Shown here: positions 12,651 through 20,675 of the stretch, piece by piece
How the letters are laid out: the number at the start of each line of letters is the position of its first letter
Position numbering within the stretch: the first letter of the stretch is position 1
NCBI RefSeq assembly: GCF_036323395.1
Contig: NZ_AP028907.1
Coordinates: 2,130,001-2,162,000 of the forward strand
Source: Pyrodictium abyssi
Lineage (GTDB): Archaea > Thermoproteota > Thermoprotei_A > Sulfolobales > Pyrodictiaceae
Direction: 5' to 3'
Length of the DNA: 32,000 nt
Program-made: the position numbers and the translations under genes
Notes under the pieces: model-generated
Databases searched by the model: none
Told to the model about the DNA's origin: nothing
Seen by the model: the letters and a program-made list of their open reading frames with translations, nothing else

Positions 12651-13844
12651 GTGTGGGGGCGGTGGGGCATCCGGGCGGGCTTCTGCAGGAGCAGCAACCC
12701 CCTAGACCTGCTCCTTGGGCTAGAGTACCGGCTACGCTGCGGCCGCCCTCCGGCATGCGTAGCCCGGCCCCGCGAGAGGAGCTTCATCGTAGCCGAGTTG
12801 CCCGAGCTAACGCTGGAGCCCGGGGGCCGCTACTGCGTCTACGCCCTGGCCAAGAGGGGGCTACCCAGCCTTGACGCGGCGCGCCTCCTAGCCCGCCGGC
12901 TCGGCGTAAACCCCCGCCAGGCGAGCATAGCCGGGCTCAAGGACACTGAGGCGACTACGCTGCAGTACATTTGCCTCCCCTGCCCCCGTGAGCCCCCGGC
13001 CATCGTAGCGGTGCCGGGCCGGCTCTGGGCAAGGCTGGTAGGCCGGGCGAGCCGCTGCCCCCGCCGCGGGGTCCTCCGGGGGAACAGGTTCACAATAGTC
13101 CTTGAGCCGGTCTCGGCTAGCTGCAGGGAGGTAGTCGAGGCCGCGGAGGCGCTCCGGGGCGCGAAGCTGCCAGCCTACTACGGGTACCAGCGCTTCGGCA
13201 CCCGTAGGCCCAACACCCACCTCCAGGGCCTCGCTCTGCTACGGGGCGACCTAGCCTGGTACGCCCGGGAGCTACTAGGCAGCCCCTACCCCGACGAGTC
13301 CCCGGCCACAGCCAGGTGCCGGGCAAGCCTGTGGCGCAGCGAGGAATGCCAGGGCTCAAGGCTATACGAGGCCACTGTCGCCAGGCGCGCCGCTAGCCCG
13401 GCAGACCTCCCCGCCCTACTGCCCCGCGGCGTAGCCGAGATACAGCTAGCAGCGCTCCAGGCGTACATATTCAACAGGTACCTAAGCCTACGCTTAGCCC
13501 GGGGCCACAGCCTCGACGAGAAGCTGCCCGGTGAGAGGCTGGTAGGCGGCCGGCCACACGCCCCAGTCCCAGGCATAGGCTACCGGCTAGGCACCGGCGG
13601 CGAGGCGGCAGAACTGCTAGAAGAGGCCCTAGAGCCGCTAGGCATAGGCCTAGAGGACCTAGCAGAGCCGCCCCCAGGGCTGCCCCGGCTACGGCCCTAC
13701 TGGCGCCCAGTCTACACAGTCCCCGAGGGGCTCGAGGCCAGGATAATCCCCGGCTGCCGGGTAGCAATAGCATTCAGCCTAGAGAAGGGGATGTACGCCA
13801 CGCTAGTCCTACGAGAGCTAGCAGAGCCCCCGGAATGCGTGTAG
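12651..13844 (+). CDS. truD: tRNA pseudouridine synthase TruD/Pus7 family
   Basis: AGLKDTEATT (catalytic Asp motif) and AYYGYQRFG. The start was placed at GTG 12651, after the pth2 stop; the ORF-track extension into pth2 is rejected. Confidence 0.85.
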   Translation: MWGRWGIRAGFCRSSNPLDLLLGLEYRLRCGRPPACVARPRERSFIVAELPELTLEPGGRYCVYALAKRGLPSLDAARLLARRLGVNPRQASIAGLKDTEATTLQYICLPCPREPPAIVAVPGRLWARLVGRASRCPRRGVLRGNRFTIVLEPVSASCREVVEAAEALRGAKLPAYYGYQRFGTRRPNTHLQGLALLRGDLAWYARELLGSPYPDESPATARCRASLWRSEECQGSRLYEATVARRAASPADLPALLPRGVAEIQLAALQAYIFNRYLSLRLARGHSLDEKLPGERLVGGRPHAPVPGIGYRLGTGGEAAELLEEALEPLGIGLEDLAEPPPGLPRLRPYWRPVYTVPEGLEARIIPGCRVAIAFSLEKGMYATLVLRELAEPPECV

Positions 13845-13877
13845 CAAAACCCTCCGGGAGAGCGAAAAGACCGCCCC

Positions 13878-14300
13878 CTAGTAGCCGGACTTTATACGGG
13901 TCCTCTTGCCCAGAAGCTCGCTCAGTATACGCTCGTAGACCTCCTTAGCGTTGCCGAGCCTACGCTCGTCACGCCTGGGTATACGCACCACGTACTCGAT
14001 ACTACCATCGGGCAGCCACAGCGTGTTCACACCAAGTATCCTCACAGGGTACAGCAGATGCGTAGCAAGTCCACGGACATCGTTAGCCTTGGGTATCACG
14101 CGGACCTTCCTGCCAAGCTTCTCGCGGAGCCGCTGCTCGATCTCCCTAGCATACCTCGAGAACACCGGCACACTGGTGCCCACGCCCAGGTCCATCACGA
14201 TGATTACCATGTCGTCGTCTATAAAGTACGCCTTGTGGTAGGTAGCCTTCTTCAGCGTCTGCAGGCCCTCGCTCTCCTCCAGCTCTATCAGTGCCTTCAT
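13878..14300 (-). CDS. NusA-like KH-domain protein (PRK06418 type); only the KH part is in frame with a start codon
   Basis: 140-aa ORF. The 38 codons directly upstream in the same frame encode VSVQIPLDYVCVKSGVLCPRCEGLIESGSVDEREVEV, the usual Zn-ribbon N-terminus of this family, but contain no ATG, GTG or TTG. See the finding at 14301-14415. Confidence 0.75.
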   Translation of the reverse strand: MKALIELEESEGLQTLKKATYHKAYFIDDDMVIIVMDLGVGTSVPVFSRYAREIEQRLREKLGRKVRVIPKANDVRGLATHLLYPVRILGVNTLWLPDGSIEYVVRIPRRDERRLGNAKEVYERILSELLGKRTRIKSGY

Positions 14301-14620
14301 AACCTCTACTTCGCGCTCGTCGACAGAACCACTCTCTATAAGGCCCTCACAGCGCGGGCAAAGAACACCGCTCTTAACACAGACGTAGTCGAGCGGTATC
14401 TGTACCGAGACCCATCACCTCCCCCGATACACTGCTCTTAAACGCCACGACACATTGGCCGACCATCCGCCCATAGCCATGGCAAGCATAGTCCAGCCAG
14501 AGCCGCCAGGGGCGGAGAGCGCCCCCAGCCCCAGGGCCACTTCACATAGCCTATGGCGAGCGGGAGGCACCCCTCCCTATATAATCCTATCCAGGAGACC
14601 CCTCGCCAGCACCCGCAAAC

Positions 14621-14630
14621 CTTATAAAAC
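14621..14630 (+). promoter_or_regulatory. TATA-like box CTTATAAAAC upstream of tRNA-Ala
   Basis: It lies 50 nt upstream of the mature 5' end. A second box, CTATATAATCC, is at 14577-14587. Confidence 0.4.
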
Positions 14631-14679
14631 CATCCAGCCGACACCCATCCGCATGGCTGAGACCCTCCAGCCGGAGGGT

Positions 14680-14936
<257 letters not shown>

Positions 14937-15024
14937 GGTTTACACCTATGCTCCGCCGATATGTAGTTAACAGGTAGTTAGAGGCTCCTGTCAGGCCGTA
15001 ATGTCGACGCAGCACAGCGAGATT

Positions 15025-15082
15025 CTCTATACTCTCTAGAGGTGCTGGATTCCATGCTAGAGACCTCTATGGGCCTCTATAC
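15025..15082. repeat. cluster of CTCTA(T/G)A motifs with about 10-bp phasing (iteron-like)
   Basis: CTCTATAC at 15025-15032 and 15075-15082, CTCTAGAG palindrome at 15034-15041, TAGAG-ac-CTCTA inverted pair at 15058-15069, and CCTCTAT at 15064-15070 and 15074-15080. Confidence 0.6.
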
Positions 15083-15235
15083 CTGGTGGTGGTGACAGGC
15101 TTATCCGCCTGCCAGGGTGTCTAGGGTCTACGAGGGGCCGCGGGCTCCAGGGCCAGCCGCAACGAGCCTCGCTTATGGGCTCTGTGCCTCGGATCCTGCC
15201 GCGCCCATCATCCCCGCGGCCCTTCCCCACCCCTC

Positions 15236-15409
15236 CTAGGGCTTGTAGATGAATAGGCCCTTCTTGCTACCCTTCTCGTGGAGCTCGACTACTAGCCTGT
15301 CTCCTGGTTGCCAGCCTAGTAGCTCGACTAGATCCTTTGGCAGGGTGATCTCGTAGCTGTGGTAGCCTGGCTTGGTCCGCTTAGCTCTTAGCCTCACTGT
15401 GCCCGTCAA
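15236..15409 (-). CDS. AbrB/SpoVT-like small DNA-binding protein
   Basis: YEITLPKDLVELLGWQPGDRLVVELHEKG is a swapped-hairpin AbrB/MazE-type motif. I prefer the start at TTG 15409 or GTG 15397 because a TTTAAAT box at 15451-15458 lies inside the longer ORF-track version. Confidence 0.6.
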   Translation of the reverse strand: MTGTVRLRAKRTKPGYHSYEITLPKDLVELLGWQPGDRLVVELHEKGSKKGLFIYKP

Positions 15410-15430
15410 GACTGCTTCTACCCAGTTTCT

Positions 15431-15470
15431 GAGCAGAGTAAGAGGAGAAGATTTAAATTTGAGTCTGCTC
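15431..15470. promoter_or_regulatory. inverted repeat GAGCAGA...TCTGCTC bracketing an ATTTAAAT TATA-like box in the divergent spacer
   Basis: Read directly from the sequence. It is followed by the palindromes CAGATTCTG and TTCTG-tt-CAGAA (about 15469-15488). Confidence 0.4.
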
Positions 15471-15522
15471 AGATTCTGTTCAGAATTGGAGGACACACGT
15501 CCGTGCCGGGAGTGTTCTGGGC

Positions 15523-15843
15523 TTGGAGTGGGTCCACGTATCCGACCTCGTGGATGGTAGGCATGTAGACCATGACTTTATTCCGAGGATGCTGGCCTAC
15601 ATCGAGGCGAAGACTGTCTACGAGACTCTGAGCAAGGTACTCGGGCTACTCTACAAGGCCAAGGAGCGTGGCCTAGTGGACCAGAAGCTAGTGGACACTG
15701 TGGCCGACTGGCTGAGCGAGGTCGAGCACGAGTACAGGTTCTACGCTGACCAGGTAGATCCATGGTACAGGGGTGTGCGAGAGACCGTGGAGAGGCTAAC
15801 CGAGAAGCAGCAGGCGGAGAGCAAGGGGGCCGAGAGTGCCTAG
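15523..15843 (+). CDS. hypothetical small helical protein, paralogue 1
   Basis: ORF with host-like codon usage. An internal ATG (MLAYIEAK...) is an alternative start. It shares the LLY..(D/E).GL...LV motif with the next ORF. Confidence 0.4.
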   Translation: MEWVHVSDLVDGRHVDHDFIPRMLAYIEAKTVYETLSKVLGLLYKAKERGLVDQKLVDTVADWLSEVEHEYRFYADQVDPWYRGVRETVERLTEKQQAESKGAESA

Positions 15844-15849
15844 GGCGGC

Positions 15850-16197
15850 GTGGCCATGGTGTTCCTGGCTCTGCCTGAGTGCGAGGAGCCCGACAGGCTG
15901 CTGGCAGCGCTGCAGGCGGCGGAGATAATGGGCGCCCTAGAGGTCATAGAGACGCTGCTGTACAACCGCGACAAGCTGGGCCTGCCAGAAGAGCTCGTCA
16001 AGGCGCTGGACGAGACCATGGTTATGCTCCAGGAGCAGCTACGCGCACTAGTATGGCCAGCCAGTACAGCCACCACGTACCTAGAAGACGGAGACCAGCG
16101 AGAAGACCGAGACAACGATACCGGCTGCTACCCAGGTATCCGAGATAACCGAGGAGGCGAAGAAGACAGCGGAGAGCATCATGTAGCCAGAAGGTAG
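15850..16197 (+). CDS. hypothetical small helical protein, paralogue 2, with a low-complexity acidic/basic tail
   Basis: The ORF starts 7 nt after the previous stop. The core ALEVIETLLYNRDKLGLPEELVKALDETMVMLQEQL aligns with ETLSKVLGLLYKAKERGLVDQKLVDTVADWLSEVEHE. Confidence 0.35.
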   Translation: MAMVFLALPECEEPDRLLAALQAAEIMGALEVIETLLYNRDKLGLPEELVKALDETMVMLQEQLRALVWPASTATTYLEDGDQREDRDNDTGCYPGIRDNRGGEEDSGEHHVARR

Positions 16198-16473
16198 ACC
16201 TCCCTGTGGTCGGCGAGATGTCCCTATGCACCCTAGCCGTCATAAGGACTAGTAGTAGTCATCGTAGCAGTAGTGGCTAGGAAGAGGTAGACGCGTAGAG
16301 GGAGGCCTCCGTGGCCCCCTGTCACCCGCACACTGTTTTCTCGCTCCTCCGGCCCAGCCCCGGTAGCGTAGCAGCCGGGCGCTATAGAAGGGGCATGACG
16401 CGAGCTATTCTACCCCTGCGGCTTTAATCCCTCGCCCATGGCTCCACCCGAAGCATAAGATACGGGGGACGTA

Positions 16474-17703
16474 GTGGAGGATATACTGGAGGAGATATTC
16501 GAGCGCGTCGTGGAGTCCAAGATATTCCGTAACCGCGACATATTGAGCCCGGACTATATCCCGGAGAAGCTGCCGCACAGGGAGAACGAGATAAGGAAGG
16601 TAGCCAGCGTCCTGGCGCAGGCGCTGAAGAACAGCCGGCCCAACAACCTCTTCATCTACGGGCTGACGGGGACCGGTAAGACTGCCGTCACGCTCTACGT
16701 GCTACGGAGGCTAGAGGCTAAGGCCCGGCAGCTCGGCGTAGACGTGCGCTACGCCTACGTTAACACGCGGCAGAGGGATACGCCCTACAAGGTGCTCGCA
16801 GACATAGCCTCCAGCATCGGGCTACGGGTGCCCTTCACGGGGCTGTCAACGGCGGAGGTCTATACGCGGCTGGTCCGCGCTCTCTCCCGGCGTAGCGGCG
16901 TGCTCATAGTGGTGCTGGACGAGGTCGACTGGCTCGTCAGGAGGAAGGGCGACGACATACTCTACAAGCTGACCCGTATAGGCTACGAGCTGCCGGCGGG
17001 CTCGACAAAGGTGTCTATAGTCGGGATAACGAACGACGTGAAGTTTGTAGAGATGCTCGACGCCCGGGTCCGGAGCAGCCTAGGCGAGGAGGAGGTCGTG
17101 TTCCCGCCCTACAACGCTGAACAGCTCCGCGATATACTCTGGGAGAGGGCACGGGAGGCCTTCCAGCCCGGCGCCGTGGACGAGGCGGTGATAAGCTACT
17201 GCGCGGCCCTCGCGGCCCGCGAGCACGGCGACGCCCGCCGCGCACTGGACCTGCTCCGCGTAGCCGGGGAGATGGCTGAGCGCGAGAACGCGCCACGCGT
17301 CGCAGTAGAGCACGTCAAGAAGGCGTGGATGCAGCTAGAGAGGGACCGCGTCTACGAGGTCGTCTCCACGCTGCCGCTCCACGCACGGCTCGTGCTGGTA
17401 GCCGTGATAAAGGCGGCTGGCACAGGCTACACGACGACGGGCGAGCTCTACAGCGTTTACAGGGGGCTGGCCTCGAGGATAGGCGTGGAGAGCGTAACCC
17501 AGCGCAGAATAAGCGACATCATAAACGAGCTAGACATGCTCGGCATACTCTCAGCGCGCGTCGTAAGCCGCGGCCGCTACGGCAAGACCAGGATGATAAG
17601 CCTAGCAGCAGACCCCGAGACAGTAGTAGAGGCGCTGGCCAGGGATACCCGTCTACGCCAGCTACTCGGGGACATAGCCATGCCCCAGGCGGGGAGCAGC
17701 TAG
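16474..17703 (+). CDS. orc1: Orc1/Cdc6 replication initiator
   Basis: 409 aa. LPHRENEI, Walker A GLTGTGKT, Walker B VLDEVD, GITND sensor, a winged-helix C-terminus (VSRGRYGKTR), and AALAAREHGDARRALDLLRVAGE. It looks like an orthologue of A. pernix ORC1 (from memory). Confidence 0.97.
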   Translation: MEDILEEIFERVVESKIFRNRDILSPDYIPEKLPHRENEIRKVASVLAQALKNSRPNNLFIYGLTGTGKTAVTLYVLRRLEAKARQLGVDVRYAYVNTRQRDTPYKVLADIASSIGLRVPFTGLSTAEVYTRLVRALSRRSGVLIVVLDEVDWLVRRKGDDILYKLTRIGYELPAGSTKVSIVGITNDVKFVEMLDARVRSSLGEEEVVFPPYNAEQLRDILWERAREAFQPGAVDEAVISYCAALAAREHGDARRALDLLRVAGEMAERENAPRVAVEHVKKAWMQLERDRVYEVVSTLPLHARLVLVAVIKAAGTGYTTTGELYSVYRGLASRIGVESVTQRRISDIINELDMLGILSARVVSRGRYGKTRMISLAADPETVVEALARDTRLRQLLGDIAMPQAGSS

Positions 17704-17733
17704 TAGGCTCTACAGGGGCATAGCCCCTCAACC

Positions 17734-17741
17734 CTAATAAG
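17734..17741 (+). promoter_or_regulatory. TATA-like box CTAATAAG upstream of tRNA-Lys
   Basis: 43 nt upstream of the mature 5' end. It is preceded by the hairpin AGGGGC-ata-GCCCCT directly after the orc1 stop. Confidence 0.35.
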
Positions 17742-17776
17742 TCCCCTCCGGGCGCTCTAGCCAGAGTCTCCATGGA

Positions 17777-17850
17777 GGGCCGGTAGCTCAGCCTGGCAGA
17801 GCGGCGGGCTTTTAACCCGTTGGTCCCGGGTTCGAATCCCGGCCGGCCCG
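17777..17850 (+). tRNA. tRNA-Lys (anticodon UUU), no intron, CCA not encoded
   Basis: Hand-folded: acceptor GGGCCGG/CCGGCCC, anticodon stem GCGGG/CCCGT with loop CTTTTAA, and T arm CCGGG-TTCGAAT-CCCGG. Confidence 0.95.
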
Positions 17851-17917
17851 CTACATGCCTGGCCGGCGCAGGTGTCCACTATCGGGCCGCCGGCCCTCCA
17901 CCCATCGCGTCCTCCGG

Positions 17918-18817
17918 CTAACCTATCCTCGCCCGCCAGGCCACCCCCTCCCCGGCGGCGACCGGCTCGGCGAGGCCCTCACGCTCCAGCCACGCGAGCA
18001 CCGAGGCCAGCGCGGTCCGATTTAGGAGCAGCTGCCGCGGCGTAGGCTCGGCAGAACCCAGCGAGACCGTGGCAAGATATGCTAGCCGGTCCAGGGTAAC
18101 GGGCTTCTCTCGTAGCTTCTCCAGCACGAAGCCCCGGACACGCTCCACCGCAGCGAGGTTCGCGTCTACCATGGAGACGGCGCGGCGCCCACGCGCCACG
18201 GGACCATGGCCCGGGACCAGTGTGTAGCCCTCCTCGGCGAGTTCCCGTAGCTTCTCGAGGCTTCTAGCCCACTCCTCGAGGTCGGCGGCGAAAGGCACGC
18301 CGAACCTGGCTAGCACGCGCTCCCCGAGCACAGCATCCCCAGCGGCAACCACCATGGACTCGTCGTCAACCACGCCCATGTGGCCGGGCGTGTGGCCGGG
18401 CAGAGCCAGGGCCCGGAGCCCGCCAGGGAGGCTGCCCCCGGGCTCGACGGGCTTGTCCACCTTTACCTCGGCTAGCGGCATCGAGGCTAGCTGCTCGGAG
18501 ACGAGGCCCCCGTACACGGCTAGGCGGCGGAGAACGCTGGACTCCACTAGGCCGAGGCAGAGCCGCGGAGCGTAGACCGGGGCCTCTAGCCCGGCGGCTG
18601 CCGCCAGGTGGTCGCTGTGGCCATGGGTGAGCACTAGGGCCTCTAGCCCTAGGCCTAGCTCCTCCAGGGCTCTGAGGATCCGGGTGCTACGGTCCTCGCC
18701 GATACCCGGGTCGACCACCACGGCCCGGCCGGAGTCCGCTACTATCACCGTGTTAGGGCTCCCCGGAAGGAGGTAGACGCGCCCAGCTATCCTACGTAGC
18801 CCCTGCATACCGAGCAA
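17918..18817 (-). CDS. MBL-fold metallo-hydrolase (glyoxalase II / persulfide dioxygenase-like) with a C-terminal helical extension
   Basis: LVLTHGHSDH (HxHxDH), LPGHTPGHMGV and VPGHG motifs. The alternative ATG start is at 18808. Confidence 0.85.
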   Translation of the reverse strand: MLGMQGLRRIAGRVYLLPGSPNTVIVADSGRAVVVDPGIGEDRSTRILRALEELGLGLEALVLTHGHSDHLAAAAGLEAPVYAPRLCLGLVESSVLRRLAVYGGLVSEQLASMPLAEVKVDKPVEPGGSLPGGLRALALPGHTPGHMGVVDDESMVVAAGDAVLGERVLARFGVPFAADLEEWARSLEKLRELAEEGYTLVPGHGPVARGRRAVSMVDANLAAVERVRGFVLEKLREKPVTLDRLAYLATVSLGSAEPTPRQLLLNRTALASVLAWLEREGLAEPVAAGEGVAWRARIG

Positions 18818-18880
18818 AACACCAAGTGTGATGGAGGAGAGCCTAGAGGCAGCTCTGGTTTAAAAAGGGTGGGCCGTCTG

Positions 18881-19342
18881 CTAGGCCTGCTTCTTGGCGG
18901 CTGTGCAGGCGCCGAGGTTCTTGGCTATCGCCAGTAGTAGGCCGAGGCCGCGCTGCACGTCGCGGTCCCGTAGCGCTCCCAGCATGCCGAGGAGGCCTAC
19001 AGGCTTCGCCTCGGCCGGGTCCACGGCTGCTATGGACCTTAGTGTGCACTCGGTGAGCTTCTCGATGTTCTGCTTAGCGGCTACCATCTCCTCGGGCTTG
19101 AGCCTGGTTATCCCGCGGGTGGCTCCGTCGGCTAGCGCGCTAGCGCGGTGTATTGCCGGGTCGTTGCCTATCAGTGCTAGTAGCTCGCTGCTACGCTCGG
19201 CTACTATCCTCAGTAGGTCGAGTATGCCGCTCTCCTTGAGGTATACTGCTACCTCCATCAGCGTCTCGAGGGCCTTCATGCTCTCTTCGTCGAAGTTTAG
19301 GGGCTCTTCGCGCATCAGCGCCTGGGTCAAGGCTATGTACAC
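18881..19342 (-). CDS. DUF1641-domain protein
   Basis: The C-terminal GLLGMLGALRDRDVQRGLGLLLAIAKNLG matches the DUF1641 signature. The gene sits 16 nt downstream of the flavoprotein gene. Confidence 0.7.
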   Translation of the reverse strand: MYIALTQALMREEPLNFDEESMKALETLMEVAVYLKESGILDLLRIVAERSSELLALIGNDPAIHRASALADGATRGITRLKPEEMVAAKQNIEKLTECTLRSIAAVDPAEAKPVGLLGMLGALRDRDVQRGLGLLLAIAKNLGACTAAKKQA

Positions 19343-19357
19343 CCCTCGCGTCTCATG

Positions 19358-20536
19358 CTACTTGAGCGCGGCTATCCAGGACTTGTAGAAAGCCTCCTTC
19401 ATGAGCCTCACTATGGGCGACGTTGACACAGTGTAGCAGACGAACTTCCTGCGGCCGGTGGACTCGTCGTAGCATATCTCGCACGTGCCAGCGAACCCCG
19501 AGGTGCCGAAGTAGCCTACACACGTCATGGTCTTGACGTAGCCTGGTACCGGGTAGCCTCCGGCGACCTCGCTCGCTATCTGCTCCGCGGCGTACTCCGC
19601 GGCGAAGTGCACGGGTATACCTGCTGTCGGCAGGCCTACGGCTGGCATTGAGTGCTCGCCGACCATGAACACGTCGTCGTACTCGGGGTGGCGGAAGTCC
19701 TTGGCCCGTGCGGGCGCCCAGCGCGGGTCGCCCTTGAGCTGGAAGCCCTCGCTCTTTGCTAGCGCGTCAGGAAGCCGGCTAGGCGGCACCTTTATCAGCA
19801 GGTCGTAGCGCTCCTCCACGTTGCCTGCACGGACCACCTTCTTCTCCCCGTCGATCTCCTGCACGCCGTTGTGCTGTACCATCTCTACGCCTAGCTCGTC
19901 CATCTTCTCCTTCCAGACCCTCGATATGTCGGGGCCTAGAGGGGTCAGCGGCCTAGCCTCCCGCGTCATAAGCACGATCTCTGCCTTCACCCCGCGGTTC
20001 CTCATGGTCTCAGCGAGCTGTGTAGCAGCCTCGTAGGGGTACATGCCACAACGGTGGGGAGTCTCCGGGACGAGCAATACTATGCGGCCGCCCCGGAACT
20101 GGGCCAGCTCCCTAGCCATCTCCATGGCTCCTTCGAGCGTGTAGTTGTGGACACCGTTCTCCGCTAGGCCCGGGTAAGCCTCCCAGCCGTAGCGCACACC
20201 GAGGCTAACCACGAGGTAGTCGTAGTCCAGTTTCCCGTTCTTCTCGGTCTCGACGACGCGGTTAGCAGCATCTATCCTGACTGCCTTGTCTATTATCACG
20301 CGGGGGCCGAACTTCCGGCCTATGTTCTCGACAGGGGCGCGCGTCTCATCCGGGGTAGCTGTGTTGAAGGCTACGTCTGCGAAGAGGGGCTGGAACTCGT
20401 GCCACGGGCTAGCAGTGAGCAGTGTTACCTCGAGATCCAGCTTCTGCTTCCTCGCGGCCTCGGCGAGCTTACGGGCGGCTATGTAGCCGCCCGTCCCGCC
20501 GCCTAGCACGAGTACACGCTTGCCCAAGTTGTTCAC
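19358..20536 (-). CDS. FAD-dependent pyridine nucleotide-disulfide oxidoreductase, sulfide:quinone oxidoreductase (SQR)-like
   Basis: N-terminal VLVLGGGTGG FAD fold and Cys-containing segments at SQR-like positions (PHRCGMYPYE, MTCVGYFG...GTCEICY). GTG start. Confidence 0.8.
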   Translation of the reverse strand: MNNLGKRVLVLGGGTGGYIAARKLAEAARKQKLDLEVTLLTASPWHEFQPLFADVAFNTATPDETRAPVENIGRKFGPRVIIDKAVRIDAANRVVETEKNGKLDYDYLVVSLGVRYGWEAYPGLAENGVHNYTLEGAMEMARELAQFRGGRIVLLVPETPHRCGMYPYEAATQLAETMRNRGVKAEIVLMTREARPLTPLGPDISRVWKEKMDELGVEMVQHNGVQEIDGEKKVVRAGNVEERYDLLIKVPPSRLPDALAKSEGFQLKGDPRWAPARAKDFRHPEYDDVFMVGEHSMPAVGLPTAGIPVHFAAEYAAEQIASEVAGGYPVPGYVKTMTCVGYFGTSGFAGTCEICYDESTGRRKFVCYTVSTSPIVRLMKEAFYKSWIAALK

Positions 20537-20552
20537 CAGAGGTATGCGAGTA

Positions 20553-20675
20553 CTGCGGATATCGCAGGCTCCTCATCATCTATAAGGAGCTTCACCTAGT
20601 AAATTGTTTCTCTCAATTGCAACATACTATAGTGTATAGTGTATAAGGGGGCAAAGATAATATCGCAGAGATAAT
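20553..20675 (-). promoter_or_regulatory. AT-rich upstream region of the SQR-like operon with repeated elements
   Basis: ATATCGCAG occurs at 20559-20567 (inside the imperfect palindrome CTGCGGATATCGCAG) and at 20660-20668. AGATAAT is repeated directly at 20655-20661 and 20669-20675, and ATAGTGT is in tandem from 20629. On the coding strand the TATA-like CTTATAGA lies about 45 nt upstream of the GTG. Confidence 0.4.

Noticed and set aside
16442-16478. CTCCAC...GTGGAG inverted pair, and AGGAAACG words (for example 22946-22953), as ORB/mini-ORB origin elements
   Set aside because: These are only partial matches to the ORB dyad as I remember it. The right arm is simply the orc1 start codon region (GTG GAG), and the other word is isolated. 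This is not enough to call ORB boxes.
17851-17917. Possible second att copy 3' of tRNA-Lys (GCCGGCCCTCCACCC resembles the tRNA-Ala 3' end CCGGCCGGTCCACCA)
   Set aside because: The match is short, gapped and GC-rich. No integrase-like ORF adjoins it; the next gene is an MBL hydrolase.
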